64,000 bases of DNA from Bdellovibrionales bacterium (GCA_040275305.1 JBEOJY010000022.1:3455-67454), one strand, 5' to 3'; shown: positions 21,715 through 31,955, numbered from the stretch's first letter. Notes: generated by a model not told the origin, from the sequence alone. Made by a program: numbers and translations.

Positions 21715-22659
21715 TCATGCCATTTCCAGCCCCACCAGCGATTTTGCGAAGTCTTCGGCGCTGAAGGGTTGAAGGTCGGCGGCGGTTTCGCCTACGCCGA
21801 CAGCGTGGATCGGCAGGCCGAAGCGGTCGGCCAGCGCGACGAGGACACCACCCTTGGCTGAGCCGTCGAGCTTGGTGACGATCAGGCCTGTGATCTGCGC
21901 CAGCTCGCGGAAGGTTTCGACTTGCGCATGCGCGTTCTGGCCCGTGGTCGCGTCGAGCGTCAAGATCGTCGCGTGAGGCGCTGATGCATCAAGCTTTTTG
22001 ATCACGCGCGCGACTTTGGCGAGTTCCTGCATGAGGTCGTTTTTATTGTGCAGGCGTCCGGCGGTGTCGATTAACAGGATATCGGCTTGCTCTTTGCGCG
22101 CGCGTTCGAGCGCCTGAAAGGCCAGCGCGGCGGAGTCGCCGCCCTGCGCGCCGGATATGACGGGGACTCCGGCGCGGTCGCCCCAGATTTTTAGCTGTTC
22201 GATCGCGGCGGCGCGGAAAGTATCGCCTGCGGCCATCATGACGGAGCGGCCCTGCTCGCGGTAATATTGCGCCAGCTTGCCGATGGTGGTGGTTTTCCCC
22301 GTGCCGTTCACGCCGACCATCAGGATCACGAAGGGCTTCGCGCCCGCGTCGATGGCCAGAGGTTTCGCGCAAGGGCGCAGGATGTTCGCGATTTGCGCGG
22401 CGAGGGCTTCCTTGATTTCATTCTCGGCAATGTCCTTGCCGAAGCGGTTTTTGGCGAAGTCCGCGACGAGCCGCGCGGCGACGGACGGCCCCAGATCGGC
22501 GGCGATCAGCGCTTCTTCAAGCTCCGTCAGCGTTTCCGCGTCAAGCTTGCGCTTGGCGAAGACGCCCGTCAGCCCTTCGGTCAGCTTCGCCGTCGTCTTC
22601 TGAAGCCCCGCCTTGAGCCGCGCCAGCCATCCGGTGGGGGGAGAAAGATTTTTTGTCAT
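21715..22659 (-). CDS. ftsY: Signal recognition particle receptor FtsY
   Basis: GVNGTGKTTTIGK, DTFRAAA, DTAGRLH, TKLDGSAKGG. Confidence 0.97.
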   Translation of the reverse strand: MTKNLSPPTGWLARLKAGLQKTTAKLTEGLTGVFAKRKLDAETLTELEEALIAADLGPSVAARLVADFAKNRFGKDIAENEIKEALAAQIANILRPCAKPLAIDAGAKPFVILMVGVNGTGKTTTIGKLAQYYREQGRSVMMAAGDTFRAAAIEQLKIWGDRAGVPVISGAQGGDSAALAFQALERARKEQADILLIDTAGRLHNKNDLMQELAKVARVIKKLDASAPHATILTLDATTGQNAHAQVETFRELAQITGLIVTKLDGSAKGGVLVALADRFGLPIHAVGVGETAADLQPFSAEDFAKSLVGLEMA

Positions 22660-22712
22660 ATTTCGATAATATACCTGTATCACCTCAAGAGCTTGCCTCA
22701 TCTATGATACTG

Positions 22713-23342
22713 CTAGTTCAGAGTCAAAACCTGCTTTTCAGCTACGGGGGTGGCAGAGATTTTTTTTCTTGTTTTCTCAATGCTGTCTTTTTTACGTTCT
22801 GCCAGCAAAGTTTTATACCAGTGCGCATCCGCAGTTTCTCCATTTGCCCAACGCATAGGTCTGGTGAAATAATATTTTGCCCCAAATTTTGTGTTGATAT
22901 GCTTTGATAGCTCGTTTCCGTCTCTATGAAAGACTACAGCACTTGTGTATCGGCGTTGTTGCTTAGCCCAGTCCATCCTTTTTTGGTATAGCAAGTTTGC
23001 AAGTCCTTGTCCCCTGCTGTCTGGCCTAATATATGATCGGCCAAACTTTGCGGTTTTTCCGGTCACATCTTCTTCCCATTTTGTTACCGTTGTAATTCCT
23101 ACTAACTCATCTCCCACGAATACGCCAATTACACAATTTTCTGGACTTTCTGCGATCCATTGCCTCCATTGCGCGTCTGAATAAGATTTTTCTTCTTCGT
23201 AAGATGTGGCAAAATATCTTCCATCATTCTCTAATGCTTCTAACCTGATTTTTTTAACTTTTAGGTAGTCATCTTTGTTTAGCACTTTTGCTATCGTGAG
23301 CGCTGCGGTTGCATATAATGTTTTCATTAGCGCGTTTATCAT
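22713..23342 (-). CDS. GNAT family acetyltransferase
   Basis: IRLEAL...F..SYEEE; motif A YIRPDSRGQGLA; ATG lies 2 nt after the stop of the upstream XRE gene. Confidence 0.85.
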   Translation of the reverse strand: MINALMKTLYATAALTIAKVLNKDDYLKVKKIRLEALENDGRYFATSYEEEKSYSDAQWRQWIAESPENCVIGVFVGDELVGITTVTKWEEDVTGKTAKFGRSYIRPDSRGQGLANLLYQKRMDWAKQQRRYTSAVVFHRDGNELSKHINTKFGAKYYFTRPMRWANGETADAHWYKTLLAERKKDSIEKTRKKISATPVAEKQVLTLN

Positions 23343-23344
23343 GA

Positions 23345-23992
23345 CTAACCCCTCATTTCCGGAGTTGAGGCGGTTGCCCAAATAGTTTCAAAAGATTGTT
23401 TATATGCTTCTGCGATGGGGCCAGATTGGATCACTACCACATATGGAGATCTGGCGTGCGTGAAGGAAATCAGCGCCAAACAGTCCCCAAACGCATAGAA
23501 AGACGTAGGTGCCGCGCTTTGCCTTGGCTGCCATTTGTATTGGGCATAGGTCGATACAAAGTTACTTTCAGTGGCTAATATACGGAATGTTACGTCGCCG
23601 CGATCTACTAGTTCCTTCATGCGTCGGCGATGCAAATCCGGGTCTTTACGAAATTTTGACAGCAATTTTTCATCAACTACACTTAGCCGTACATCCCCCC
23701 CTTGTTCTTTAAGCTGCGCATAAAGAAACTCATAGAACTCATCATAATGCTCTGGCCCCTCAAATATTTTTATTCCTTGCGGCTTGAACCTAACACCTTC
23801 GTAATCTGTAAATTCTATGCAATTCTGGTCAAACACATGCGCGAGCTTCTCCAACGTCCCTACCCGTGCCTGAACGAGGCCGTTTTCGATGTTGCTGAGG
23901 GTTGCGCGGGTGAGGCCTGCCTTTTCGGCGAGGTCTGCGGAATCCCAACCCAGTAGAGCGCGGGCGGCGCGAATTTGACGTGGCGTAATCAT
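23345..23992 (-). CDS. XRE-family HTH regulator with a roughly 140-aa C-terminal sensory-like domain
   Basis: MITPRQIRAARALLGW...DLAEKAGLTRATLSNIENG HTH; C-terminal ...AEAYKQSFETIW resembles TrmB/DUF5753-type domains. Confidence 0.85.
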   Translation of the reverse strand: MITPRQIRAARALLGWDSADLAEKAGLTRATLSNIENGLVQARVGTLEKLAHVFDQNCIEFTDYEGVRFKPQGIKIFEGPEHYDEFYEFLYAQLKEQGGDVRLSVVDEKLLSKFRKDPDLHRRRMKELVDRGDVTFRILATESNFVSTYAQYKWQPRQSAAPTSFYAFGDCLALISFTHARSPYVVVIQSGPIAEAYKQSFETIWATASTPEMRG

Positions 23993-24259
23993 ATATTTAT
24001 CTCAGGTTATTGTTTGTCTAGCTAGTTATACCACGTTTAAGGTTAATAAACCAATGCCGTGAGTTACTGTTTTTTTGTAGTTTATTTCTTATATCAGTTA
24101 TTTTTAAGGTCGCAAATTGTTTCACGATAATCTGTGACTATTTTTGTTTGTACTGGCGTATGTTTTTAATTGCTTTCAGGGTGGCTTCAGGTTAGTCTTT
24201 CACATGTAGGGATATTACAGGCCGATTTTCTAATAACTGCATATTTTTTTGAGGATGCC

Positions 24260-24433
24260 ATGCTGGATTTCGATGCTTTGGTGATGCGCCACGGAGAATG
24301 CTGGGTTCAGGATCTGGTTGAGAGGCTGGAGCGTTATGAGGGGTTGCGCGCTGAGGAAGGCGTGCTGCTTGAAGATCGCTGGGCGGCTGTGATGCGCTTG
24401 CCTGTCGTTGAGGCTTCCGGCGCGCGCGCCTGA
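24260..24433 (+). CDS. Small hypothetical protein (57 aa)
   Basis: SD GAGGA at 24251-24255; helical acidic/basic sequence; divergent from the XRE gene. Confidence 0.55.
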   Translation: MLDFDALVMRHGECWVQDLVERLERYEGLRAEEGVLLEDRWAAVMRLPVVEASGARA

Positions 24434-24475
24434 TTTTCGTTCTTTTTATTTTTTCATTACTCTGGAGCAGTCCTT

Positions 24476-24709
24476 ATGCCAAACACTAGCGAACAAGCCG
24501 TTTCTCTTTTTCATGTGAGCCTTCATGCGACGCTGCCTTGGAGTTGCACGCATTTCGGCGACCGTTCCGAAATCGAGGCCTTTATCAAAGAAACAGGAAA
24601 GTGGGAGACTGTCGCGGAAGTTCGCGCGATCGGCGATGTCGATGCCGAAGATGTCGCAAGCGTTATCGTACGGGCGGTTAATCAAATGAGAAACGCGGAA
24701 GCGGTTTAA
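24476..24709 (+). CDS. Small hypothetical protein (77 aa)
   Basis: SD GGAG upstream; follows the 57-aa ORF on the same strand. Confidence 0.55.
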   Translation: MPNTSEQAVSLFHVSLHATLPWSCTHFGDRSEIEAFIKETGKWETVAEVRAIGDVDAEDVASVIVRAVNQMRNAEAV

Positions 24710-24711
24710 GC

Positions 24712-25797
24712 TCAGTTCGGCACGCGCGGGACGCGGGCGGCGATGCCCGTCAGCACTTCGTAGGGGATTGTGCCCCAACGCCGCGCGAGTTGCGAGGCAG
24801 AGAGATGTTCTCCCAGCAAGGCAACCTCGCCGCCAATATTATTTTCATCCAGCCCTTCGCCATCAATCATACATTGGTCCATGCAGATTTGGCCCAAAAC
24901 CTTATGTTCCTGCCCCTGTACGGCCACAGTGTTCGCGTTCAGAATCCGGCGAAAACCGTCGCCATAACCAGCGGCGATGACAGCGATTTTTTGCGCCCTG
25001 CCTGTTTTGTAGGCCGCGCCATAGCTTACGCTATGCCCAGGCGGCAGCGTTTTAATGTCCACGATCCGCGCATGCCAGCTTAAGGCTGCCTTCACGCCTT
25101 CCGGCAAGGTTCGCCCCGGTCCCGGCTCGATGCCGTAGGCGGCGATCCCAGCCCTCGCCATGTCATAGCGCGCTTGAGGAAACCGCAACAAACCTGCGGA
25201 ATTTGACGCATGAATGGTTCGGGGGCGCAAGCCCGCAGCGGTCAGCGCGGTAATGGCTTGATTAAAGGCGGCGATTTGCGCTTGCGTGTCGGCTGGTTCA
25301 GTGGCATCGGCGGAAGCAAAATGCGTGGCCATTCCTTCGAGCTCAAGTTGTGGAATGTCGCGTAACTCTTTGGCTATATTGATCATTTCTTCCGCGCGGC
25401 ACCCAAGCCTTCCCATGCCGGTATCGACTTTGATATGGATTTTTGGCTTGCTGGTTGAAGCGATTTCGCGCAACGCCGCGACATGCGCCGGGGTCCAGAC
25501 AAAAAACTCGTATCCGGCCGCAGCCGCAGCCTTCATGCCTTCCGGCAAAAGGCCTCCTAGGATCAAGATTTTCGCGTCGTGCCCTGATTTGCGCAGGGCG
25601 TCAGCTTCCTCTAGCCGCGCGACCGCCAGCCCTGCCGCGCCGCCTGCGAGGAAGGCTTTCGCCGCGATTTCAAGACCATGGCCATAAGCGTTGGCCTTGA
25701 TCGAGGCTATGACGGGTTTGCCGGATTGCTGTGACAAGAGCCTTATGTTGTCACTGAGTTGCGAAGTGTTAATGGTTAGCCAGGTGAGTTCAGGCAT
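24712..25797 (-). CDS. alr: Alanine racemase
   Basis: SIKANAYGHG (PLP Lys), HIKVDTGMGRLG, THFASAD, HASNSAG, GYGDG, GQICMDQ. Confidence 0.95.
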   Translation of the reverse strand: MPELTWLTINTSQLSDNIRLLSQQSGKPVIASIKANAYGHGLEIAAKAFLAGGAAGLAVARLEEADALRKSGHDAKILILGGLLPEGMKAAAAAGYEFFVWTPAHVAALREIASTSKPKIHIKVDTGMGRLGCRAEEMINIAKELRDIPQLELEGMATHFASADATEPADTQAQIAAFNQAITALTAAGLRPRTIHASNSAGLLRFPQARYDMARAGIAAYGIEPGPGRTLPEGVKAALSWHARIVDIKTLPPGHSVSYGAAYKTGRAQKIAVIAAGYGDGFRRILNANTVAVQGQEHKVLGQICMDQCMIDGEGLDENNIGGEVALLGEHLSASQLARRWGTIPYEVLTGIAARVPRVPN

Positions 25798-25829
25798 GGG
25801 AATTTCCTCAGGAATCAAACTTCGATACG

Positions 25830-25980
25830 TATACTCCGGAACGGTAAAAACCAGAAACAGCCGAAAGGACAGTCATTCCGCGCGTAGCAGCCTGCGAAGC
25901 AGGATGCGGAGATGCGGAATGACAGCCCTTTCTATAACGTTTGCTCGTCTTTGGGTCTGAGAAGCGCTTGGCAGTTGCAT
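25830..25980. mobile_element. Degenerate hybrid MITE (TATAC-type left arm, CTTGGCAGTT-type right end)
   Basis: The 47-bp left arm tatactccgg...cagtcat aligns without gaps to the family arm; cargo ends gcggagatgcggaatgacagccc; right end gaagcgcttggcagttgc. Confidence 0.5.
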
Positions 25981-26025
25981 CACAGAGCTTCCTTAATCAA
26001 CGCTTCATAATTTATGGGCGTTGCC

Positions 26026-26131
26026 CTGATGCCCGCCTGCGCGGGCATGACAGGATTTCGGCAAATATCGTCCATTAATCCCGGCGTCACACCCGTCCCC
26101 GCCTCCGCGAGGACAGGCTCCGGCGGGTGTC
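26026..26131. repeat. REP-like composite repeat
   Basis: gatgcccgcctgcgcgggcatgac plus a 46-bp core (26086..26131) identical to 42614..42659. Confidence 0.85.
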
Positions 26132-26387
26132 TCATTTTTCTGTATAGTTATGCAAGAAGTCTAATGACGGTCCTTTCGGCGTTTTTCAGGGGAAGCGTGG
26201 TTGGGGAAATTTGTGCGTTGCAGCGGAGTGGCCTACCAGATGTGGCGTGGTCGCGTTTTTGTTCCCAGTCGTACTCATATTGTTCTTCTTTAGTTCTATT
26301 TTATGGTTGCATAACGTTGCTTGCCTGAAACTAGTAGTTAATTGATTTTCCTTGATATTTACACATTATTATCACTCTTTTCCTTGA

Positions 26388-26425
26388 CCCCCATGATTGT
26401 CCATGATATCCCATGCATTCCCAAT
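26388..26425 (-). promoter_or_regulatory. MraZ operator-like direct repeats
   Basis: Minus strand TGGGA-atgca-TGGGA-tatca-TGGAC-aatca-TGGGG: four TGG(G)N units at 10-bp period, about 110 bp upstream of mraZ. Confidence 0.7.
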
Positions 26426-26533
26426 ACGGGACGGATTTCCCCATCCCCAAACGGACTCACGTTCTTTTGCTGACCGCAGGAACGGAGCGCGACAAGCATC
26501 TAAGCGTTTGCGGTCAGACGATTCCGGAGCTTT

Positions 26534-27040
26534 ATGTCGGTGTTTCTGTCCAGCTTCATCAACCAGCTCGACAAGCGGGGGCGCGTTTCCGTTCCCGCCT
26601 CGTTTCGCGCTGCGCTGGGGCAGGACGCCACGGGCATTGTCGTTTTTCGCTCGCTGCAAGTCGAAGCGCTCGACGGTTGCTCAATCGAGCATCTTGAAAT
26701 GTTGAGCCAGAGTCTAGAGAAGCAGGATCTGCCGCCCGATGTGTTCGAGTTGATCGAGACGACGATTTTCGGAGGCTCGGTGCAGCTTCCCTTCGACGGC
26801 GAAGGGCGCATTTGCCTGCCCCCATCTCTTGCGGCTTCTGTCGGCATTTCCGGCGAGGTCGCGTTCGTGGGGCGCCGCCGCACATTTCAGCTGTGGAATC
26901 CCACAACCTTCGCCGCTCATGAAGAGTCTTCGCGCAACATCGCGCGCGCCAAAAACATTTCGCTCGGCAAAATCATCGCCAACGCGATGGCCACGCCTTC
27001 CGTCAGCGCCCATGGTTCGGCCAAGGATGGCGGCGCATGA
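26534..27040 (+). CDS. mraZ: Transcriptional regulator MraZ
   Basis: LDKRGRVSVPASFR and LPFDGEGRICLP SpoVT/AbrB repeats; first gene of the dcw cluster. Confidence 0.93.
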   Translation: MSVFLSSFINQLDKRGRVSVPASFRAALGQDATGIVVFRSLQVEALDGCSIEHLEMLSQSLEKQDLPPDVFELIETTIFGGSVQLPFDGEGRICLPPSLAASVGISGEVAFVGRRRTFQLWNPTTFAAHEESSRNIARAKNISLGKIIANAMATPSVSAHGSAKDGGA

Positions 27041-28014
27041 CCACGGATATAATTGAACACCGCCCTGTGATGCTTAGCGAAGCGGTCGAGGCGCTCGCGC
27101 CTCGCGATGGCGGACTTTATATAGACGGAACTTTCGGGCGTGGCGGATATTCGCGCACGATCTTGAAGACCGCCAAAACGCATGTGATCGGCATCGACCG
27201 CGACCCCTCCGCCGCGAAGGCCGGGGACGAGTTGTCGCGCGAATTCGGTTCACGCTTCAAGCTGCTGTGCGGGCCGTTCGGCGCGATGGACGTTTTACTG
27301 GCCGGAGAACAAATCCGCGAAGCCGACGGCATCGTGTTCGATCTCGGCGTATCCTCGCCGCAGTTCGACGATCCCGCGCGCGGGTTTTCTTTCCAATATG
27401 ACGGGCCACTTGACATGCGCATGAGCCAGAGCGGGCCCACCGTTGCGGATCTCGTCAACGACATGGACGAAACAGAGCTGGCCGACGTGATATATACTTG
27501 CGGCGAGGAGCGGTGCTCTCGGCGCGTCGCGCGACGCATCGTCGAAGCGCGAGCGCAACAGCCGATCACGCGAACGCGGCAGCTTGCCGACCTTGTGCGG
27601 TCCGTCGTGCCGCGTAGCGCCGATGGGATTGATCCAGCGACACGGACTTTTCAGGCGTTGCGCATCCGCGTCAACGACGAACTGGGCGAGTTGAGGCGCG
27701 GCCTTGCCGCCGCCGAAGCCATCCTGAAGCCGCGTGGGCGGCTCGCGGTCGTTTCCTTCCATTCGCTTGAAGACCGCACGGTCAAGGATTTTCTTCGCTT
27801 CCGGTGCGCCGCGATGGGAACCGGCGCAGGATTGTCGCGTTATCTCCCTGTCGCCAACGACCAAACCGCCTCGGCGCCAAGTTTCCGCCTTATCACGCGC
27901 AAGCCCCAGACACCTACGGCCGATGAAACGCGCCTTAATCCACGCGCGCGTTCCGCGCGTCTTCGCATCGCGGAGCGTACCGACGCCCCCGCCCTTCGGG
28001 AGAATGCATCATGA
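27037..28014 (+). CDS. rsmH: 16S rRNA m4C1402 methyltransferase
   Basis: HRPVML, DGTFGRGG, FDLGVSSPQ, PLDMRM, ATRTFQALRI.VNDEL, SFHSLEDR. Confidence 0.96.
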   Translation: MTTDIIEHRPVMLSEAVEALAPRDGGLYIDGTFGRGGYSRTILKTAKTHVIGIDRDPSAAKAGDELSREFGSRFKLLCGPFGAMDVLLAGEQIREADGIVFDLGVSSPQFDDPARGFSFQYDGPLDMRMSQSGPTVADLVNDMDETELADVIYTCGEERCSRRVARRIVEARAQQPITRTRQLADLVRSVVPRSADGIDPATRTFQALRIRVNDELGELRRGLAAAEAILKPRGRLAVVSFHSLEDRTVKDFLRFRCAAMGTGAGLSRYLPVANDQTASAPSFRLITRKPQTPTADETRLNPRARSARLRIAERTDAPALRENAS

Positions 28015-28607
28015 CAACGACGACTCTTTCGCCCTTTATATTCGTCTGGTTCGGGCTCGTTCTCATTTCCAGCGCAGGGCTGTACCGCACAAGCGACCGT
28101 GTGCAGCATCTTGATCGCGAGCTGCGCCAACTCGACGCGCGCATCGAGAGCGAGCAGCAGAGCCTGCGTGTTCTTAAGGCAGAATGGATTTATTTGTCCA
28201 ATCCCGCCCGACTTGAGGCTGCTGCGCGCAAGCATCTTGCGATGCGTCCTACTTCTCTCCAGCAAATCACGTCGCTTGATCAGGCCGCTCATATTATTCC
28301 TGCGCGTGGGTCGGTTGCGGCGACAAAACTCTCAGCCGTTTCGCAAAGCGCTTCCGCTCTGGCCAGCAAAAACACGATACGCGCGGCCAGCAAAGCCGCG
28401 CCCGATGGCGTGATCGCGGCAACGCCGACGCGCAAGATCGCAAAGGTTCCAGCGGCGACACCGCCCGCTCCGCGTCCTGAGCAAAAAACAGCGGCAAGCG
28501 CGGAGTTTCAAGACGGAGAAAGTGGCGGCGTTTCCCAGACCGCGAGCGCCCAGCCTTTGCCCGACAGCATCAGCGCGCTGCTTGATCGTATGGAATCGCA
28601 TCCATGA
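28011..28607 (+). CDS. ftsL: Cell division protein FtsL (alphaproteobacterial type) with a long C-terminal tail
   Basis: TM followed by coiled coil, LKAEWIYLSNPARLE; located between rsmH and ftsI. Confidence 0.85.
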   Translation: MTTTTLSPFIFVWFGLVLISSAGLYRTSDRVQHLDRELRQLDARIESEQQSLRVLKAEWIYLSNPARLEAAARKHLAMRPTSLQQITSLDQAAHIIPARGSVAATKLSAVSQSASALASKNTIRAASKAAPDGVIAATPTRKIAKVPAATPPAPRPEQKTAASAEFQDGESGGVSQTASAQPLPDSISALLDRMESHP

Positions 28608-30451
28608 TCTTTTGGCGTCGCTCCACACGCCAAAATACGCCAAGGGTTCGTTTTCGGCCCGGTTCATACACCAGTATCGGCGCCCATTCCCGAAGGCTTG
28701 CGACGCCGCGCGAGCGAGCGCTTGACACCACGCGCACGCGGTTGTTGCCGCTTATTCTTGTGTTTTGCGGCGCGTGGCTTCTGATCGCAGGACGGCTTTC
28801 ATGGCTTGCGTTGTCCGCAGAGCCGTCGGAGCAGGCCCAGAATCCTTCCGCCGCCTACACGGCTGCGCCGAAATTTGGCGAACCGCTTGCGATGCGCGCC
28901 GACATCGTCGATCGTCACGGCAATCTGCTGGCCGCTTCTCTGCCGACTATTTCGCTTTGCGCCAACGGCGGAGAAATTCTGGATGCCAATGACGCCGAAA
29001 AAAAGCTGCTTTCCGCTTTGCCGGCCCTTGATTCGGTCAAATTGCGCGAGACGCTTCGCGGCGCAAGGCGATGCGCGATGATCAAACGGCATCTCACGCC
29101 GCGGCAGGCCTATGAGGTCAATCGGCTCGGCATCGTCGGGCTTGAATTCCGCCCCGACGAACGCAGGCTTTATCCGACCGGAAATCTTGCCGCGCATGTC
29201 GTGGGATATACCGATATCGACAATAACGGACTCGCCGGAATCGAGAAATCCATGGACAAGCAGCTGACGCATAATCAGCAATCGCTTGCCCTGTCGCTTG
29301 ATTTGAGATTGCAAACGGTGCTGCGCGGCGAGCTTACGCGAGCGGTTGCGGCTTTTCGCGCTGATGGCGCGGCGGGTCTTATCATGAACACCAAGACAGG
29401 GGAGATTCTTGCGCTCGTGTCCCTGCCCGATTTCGATTCCCAACATCCTGGAGATGCCGACGAGAAGGCTCATTTCAATCGCGTGTCGCTTGGCGTGTAC
29501 GAAATGGGATCGACTTTCAAAATATTTAACACGGCGATGGCGCTTGATTCAGGCGCAATCCGGCTTGGGGATGTTTTCGATACTGTGCATTCCCTCGAAG
29601 TCGGAGGGCGGAATATTCGCGATTTTGAACAAGCGAAGCACAAATACAATGTTGCCGAAATTTTTATACATTCGTCGAATATCGGTTCAGCGCTGATGGC
29701 CTCGAAACTCGGCAACGCAAAGCAACGCGTGTTCCTGTCGCAGCTTGGCCTCACCACCAGAATGGCTTTCGAGCTTCCGGAGACAGGCTCGCCGTTGGTT
29801 CCATCATCTCGCGAATGGGGCGAAGCGGCGACGATGACCATTTCCTATGGCCACGGCATTGCTGTGAACGCCGTACAACTAGCAGGAGCGGTCGCGACTA
29901 TCGTTAACGATGGATTTCCCGTTCGCCCTACCCTGCTCAAGCAAACGGCGCTCGCAGAGCCTCCCCAAGGCCAGAATCCGGTTATTTCAGCTGAGACTTC
30001 CGCCATTATGCGTAGCCTGATGCGGCTTGTCGTCACCAACGGGACCGGACGCGAATCTGAAGTCGGGGGCTATCTTCCGGGTGGCAAGACGGGGACGGCG
30101 GACAAGCTTGATGCCAATCATCGTTACAGCACCAACGCTCGTTTATCTTCTTTTGTAGGCGTTTTTCCGGCCAACGACCCTCAATACCTCGTATTTGCGA
30201 TGTTGGACGATCCGAAGGGGAGTGCTAAGACATTAGGCTACGCTACGGGCGGCAAGACAGCCGCGCCGGTAGTCGGGCATGTAATCACCCAAATTGGCCC
30301 CTTGCTGGATCTGCCGCCGATGTCTGCAGATGTCCAGAAACTGGCCGAACAGCAGCTTTTTAAGCCGTTGGGCGCTTCGTTGCTCAAAGTATTAATTGAC
30401 GACGAGGAGTCGAGTTATGCGTCTATCTGGCCTGATAGCCCCCCGCGATAA
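28604..30451 (+). CDS. ftsI: Penicillin-binding protein 3 (class B PBP)
   Basis: RADIVDRHG, YEMGSTFK (SxxK), SSN, GKTGT. Confidence 0.93.
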   Translation: MIFWRRSTRQNTPRVRFRPGSYTSIGAHSRRLATPRERALDTTRTRLLPLILVFCGAWLLIAGRLSWLALSAEPSEQAQNPSAAYTAAPKFGEPLAMRADIVDRHGNLLAASLPTISLCANGGEILDANDAEKKLLSALPALDSVKLRETLRGARRCAMIKRHLTPRQAYEVNRLGIVGLEFRPDERRLYPTGNLAAHVVGYTDIDNNGLAGIEKSMDKQLTHNQQSLALSLDLRLQTVLRGELTRAVAAFRADGAAGLIMNTKTGEILALVSLPDFDSQHPGDADEKAHFNRVSLGVYEMGSTFKIFNTAMALDSGAIRLGDVFDTVHSLEVGGRNIRDFEQAKHKYNVAEIFIHSSNIGSALMASKLGNAKQRVFLSQLGLTTRMAFELPETGSPLVPSSREWGEAATMTISYGHGIAVNAVQLAGAVATIVNDGFPVRPTLLKQTALAEPPQGQNPVISAETSAIMRSLMRLVVTNGTGRESEVGGYLPGGKTGTADKLDANHRYSTNARLSSFVGVFPANDPQYLVFAMLDDPKGSAKTLGYATGGKTAAPVVGHVITQIGPLLDLPPMSADVQKLAEQQLFKPLGASLLKVLIDDEESSYASIWPDSPPR

Positions 30452-31943
30452 CGCTTCAGCTTCCACCGCTGCGCTGGAACTTCTGCGGGGAGGCGATACG
30501 GAAATTTTAGGCGTAGCAACTGACTCAAGACACGTCCAGCCCGGTTATCTTTTTATTGCCGTGCCCGGCACTCAGAAAGATGGACGCGCTTTCATTCCAA
30601 ATGCGTTGTCACGCGGCGCGGTCGCCGTGCTGGCTCCAGCCGGGCAGAATAACGATCTTCCTCTGCCTGCCGACTTTCCCTTGCTTCTGGCCCACGATAT
30701 GCGCAGCGCAACCGCCTACGTCGCGGCGGCCTTTTATCCCCGACAGCCGGAAATTATTGTGGCTGTGACGGGGACTAGCGGCAAGACTTCGACCGTTCAA
30801 TTCGCGCGCGAAATTTGGGGCGCGTTGGGGCAATCCAGCGCGAGCCTTGGCACGATCGGGCTTGTCACGGCCAAGGGATCGCATTACGGGTCGCTGACCA
30901 CTCCGGACTCGCTCACACTGCATAAGACGCTCGATTCCTGTGTGCGTGAAGGCGTCACGCGGCTTGCGATGGAGGCTTCGAGCCACGGGATTGAGCTTAA
31001 GCGCCTTGACTGCGTGAAGATCAAGGCGGCGGGCTTTACCAACTTTTCTCGCGACCATCTTGATTACCATACGACTATGGAGGCCTATTTCAGCGCCAAG
31101 CTGAGGTTGTTTGAAGAGCTTCTTGAGCCACATGGCACGGCAGTTCTCAATGCCGATATTCCTGAGTTCGACGCGCTGTGTCGGGTCGCGGACGCGCGCA
31201 AGGTGAATGTGATTTCTTACGGCAAGAACGCTCAGGATTTGAAGGTGCTGGAGATCGTTCCGGACAGCAAGGGACAAGTTCTACGGCTTTCGGTTTTTGG
31301 GCGGGAACGGCGCGCGCTCTTTCCGGTTATGGGGCAGTTCCAGGCATGGAACGCGCTTTGCGCGCTGGGACTTGTTCTTGGCGGCGATGCGCCGGGATCT
31401 TCTCGCGACGATGCCGACATTATCGCGGCGCTGGAGCGCGTCACACCCGTTCCGGGGCGGCTACAACATATCGGCCATACGCCTTCCGGCGGTTCGGTCT
31501 TTATTGATTACGCTCACAAACCCAATGCTCTTGAGAATGTTTTGGTCGCCCTACGGCCCCATGTCGATGCCAAGGCTGGCGGCAGGCTCGTCGCCGTATT
31601 CGGTTGCGGCGGCAACCGTGACAAGGGCAAACGGCCTTTGATGGGGGGGATCGCCCAATCTCTGGCCGATATGGTGATTGTCACAGACGACAATCCTCGC
31701 CATGAAGACCCGGACACAATCCGGCGCGAAATCCTTGAAGGATGCCACACAATTGGCGCGCCCGCCCCTGTAGAAATAGGCGATCGCGCGGAGGCTATCA
31801 GGATGGCGGTCACAGGGCTTCAGCGCGGCGATGTGCTTGTGATCGCAGGAAAAGGCCATGAAAGCGGCCAAATTATAGGCGATAAAACCATTCCGTTCGA
31901 CGATGCGCTCGTCGCGCGCGGGGTTTTGTCCACGCTTACTTGA
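30417..31943 (+). CDS. murE: UDP-MurNAc-L-Ala-D-Glu--DAP ligase
   Basis: VTGTSGKTST, LTTPD, MEASSHG, DHLDYH, DYAHKP, DNPR, GKGHE. Confidence 0.95.
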   Translation: MRLSGLIAPRDNASASTAALELLRGGDTEILGVATDSRHVQPGYLFIAVPGTQKDGRAFIPNALSRGAVAVLAPAGQNNDLPLPADFPLLLAHDMRSATAYVAAAFYPRQPEIIVAVTGTSGKTSTVQFAREIWGALGQSSASLGTIGLVTAKGSHYGSLTTPDSLTLHKTLDSCVREGVTRLAMEASSHGIELKRLDCVKIKAAGFTNFSRDHLDYHTTMEAYFSAKLRLFEELLEPHGTAVLNADIPEFDALCRVADARKVNVISYGKNAQDLKVLEIVPDSKGQVLRLSVFGRERRALFPVMGQFQAWNALCALGLVLGGDAPGSSRDDADIIAALERVTPVPGRLQHIGHTPSGGSVFIDYAHKPNALENVLVALRPHVDAKAGGRLVAVFGCGGNRDKGKRPLMGGIAQSLADMVIVTDDNPRHEDPDTIRREILEGCHTIGAPAPVEIGDRAEAIRMAVTGLQRGDVLVIAGKGHESGQIIGDKTIPFDDALVARGVLSTLT

Positions 31944-31955
31944 AGGCTTGCGGCT

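Noticed and set aside
25960-26530. RNase P RNA, often found upstream of mraZ
   Set aside because: No GAGGAAAGTCC or other rnpB signature on either strand; the region holds REP repeats and the MraZ boxes.
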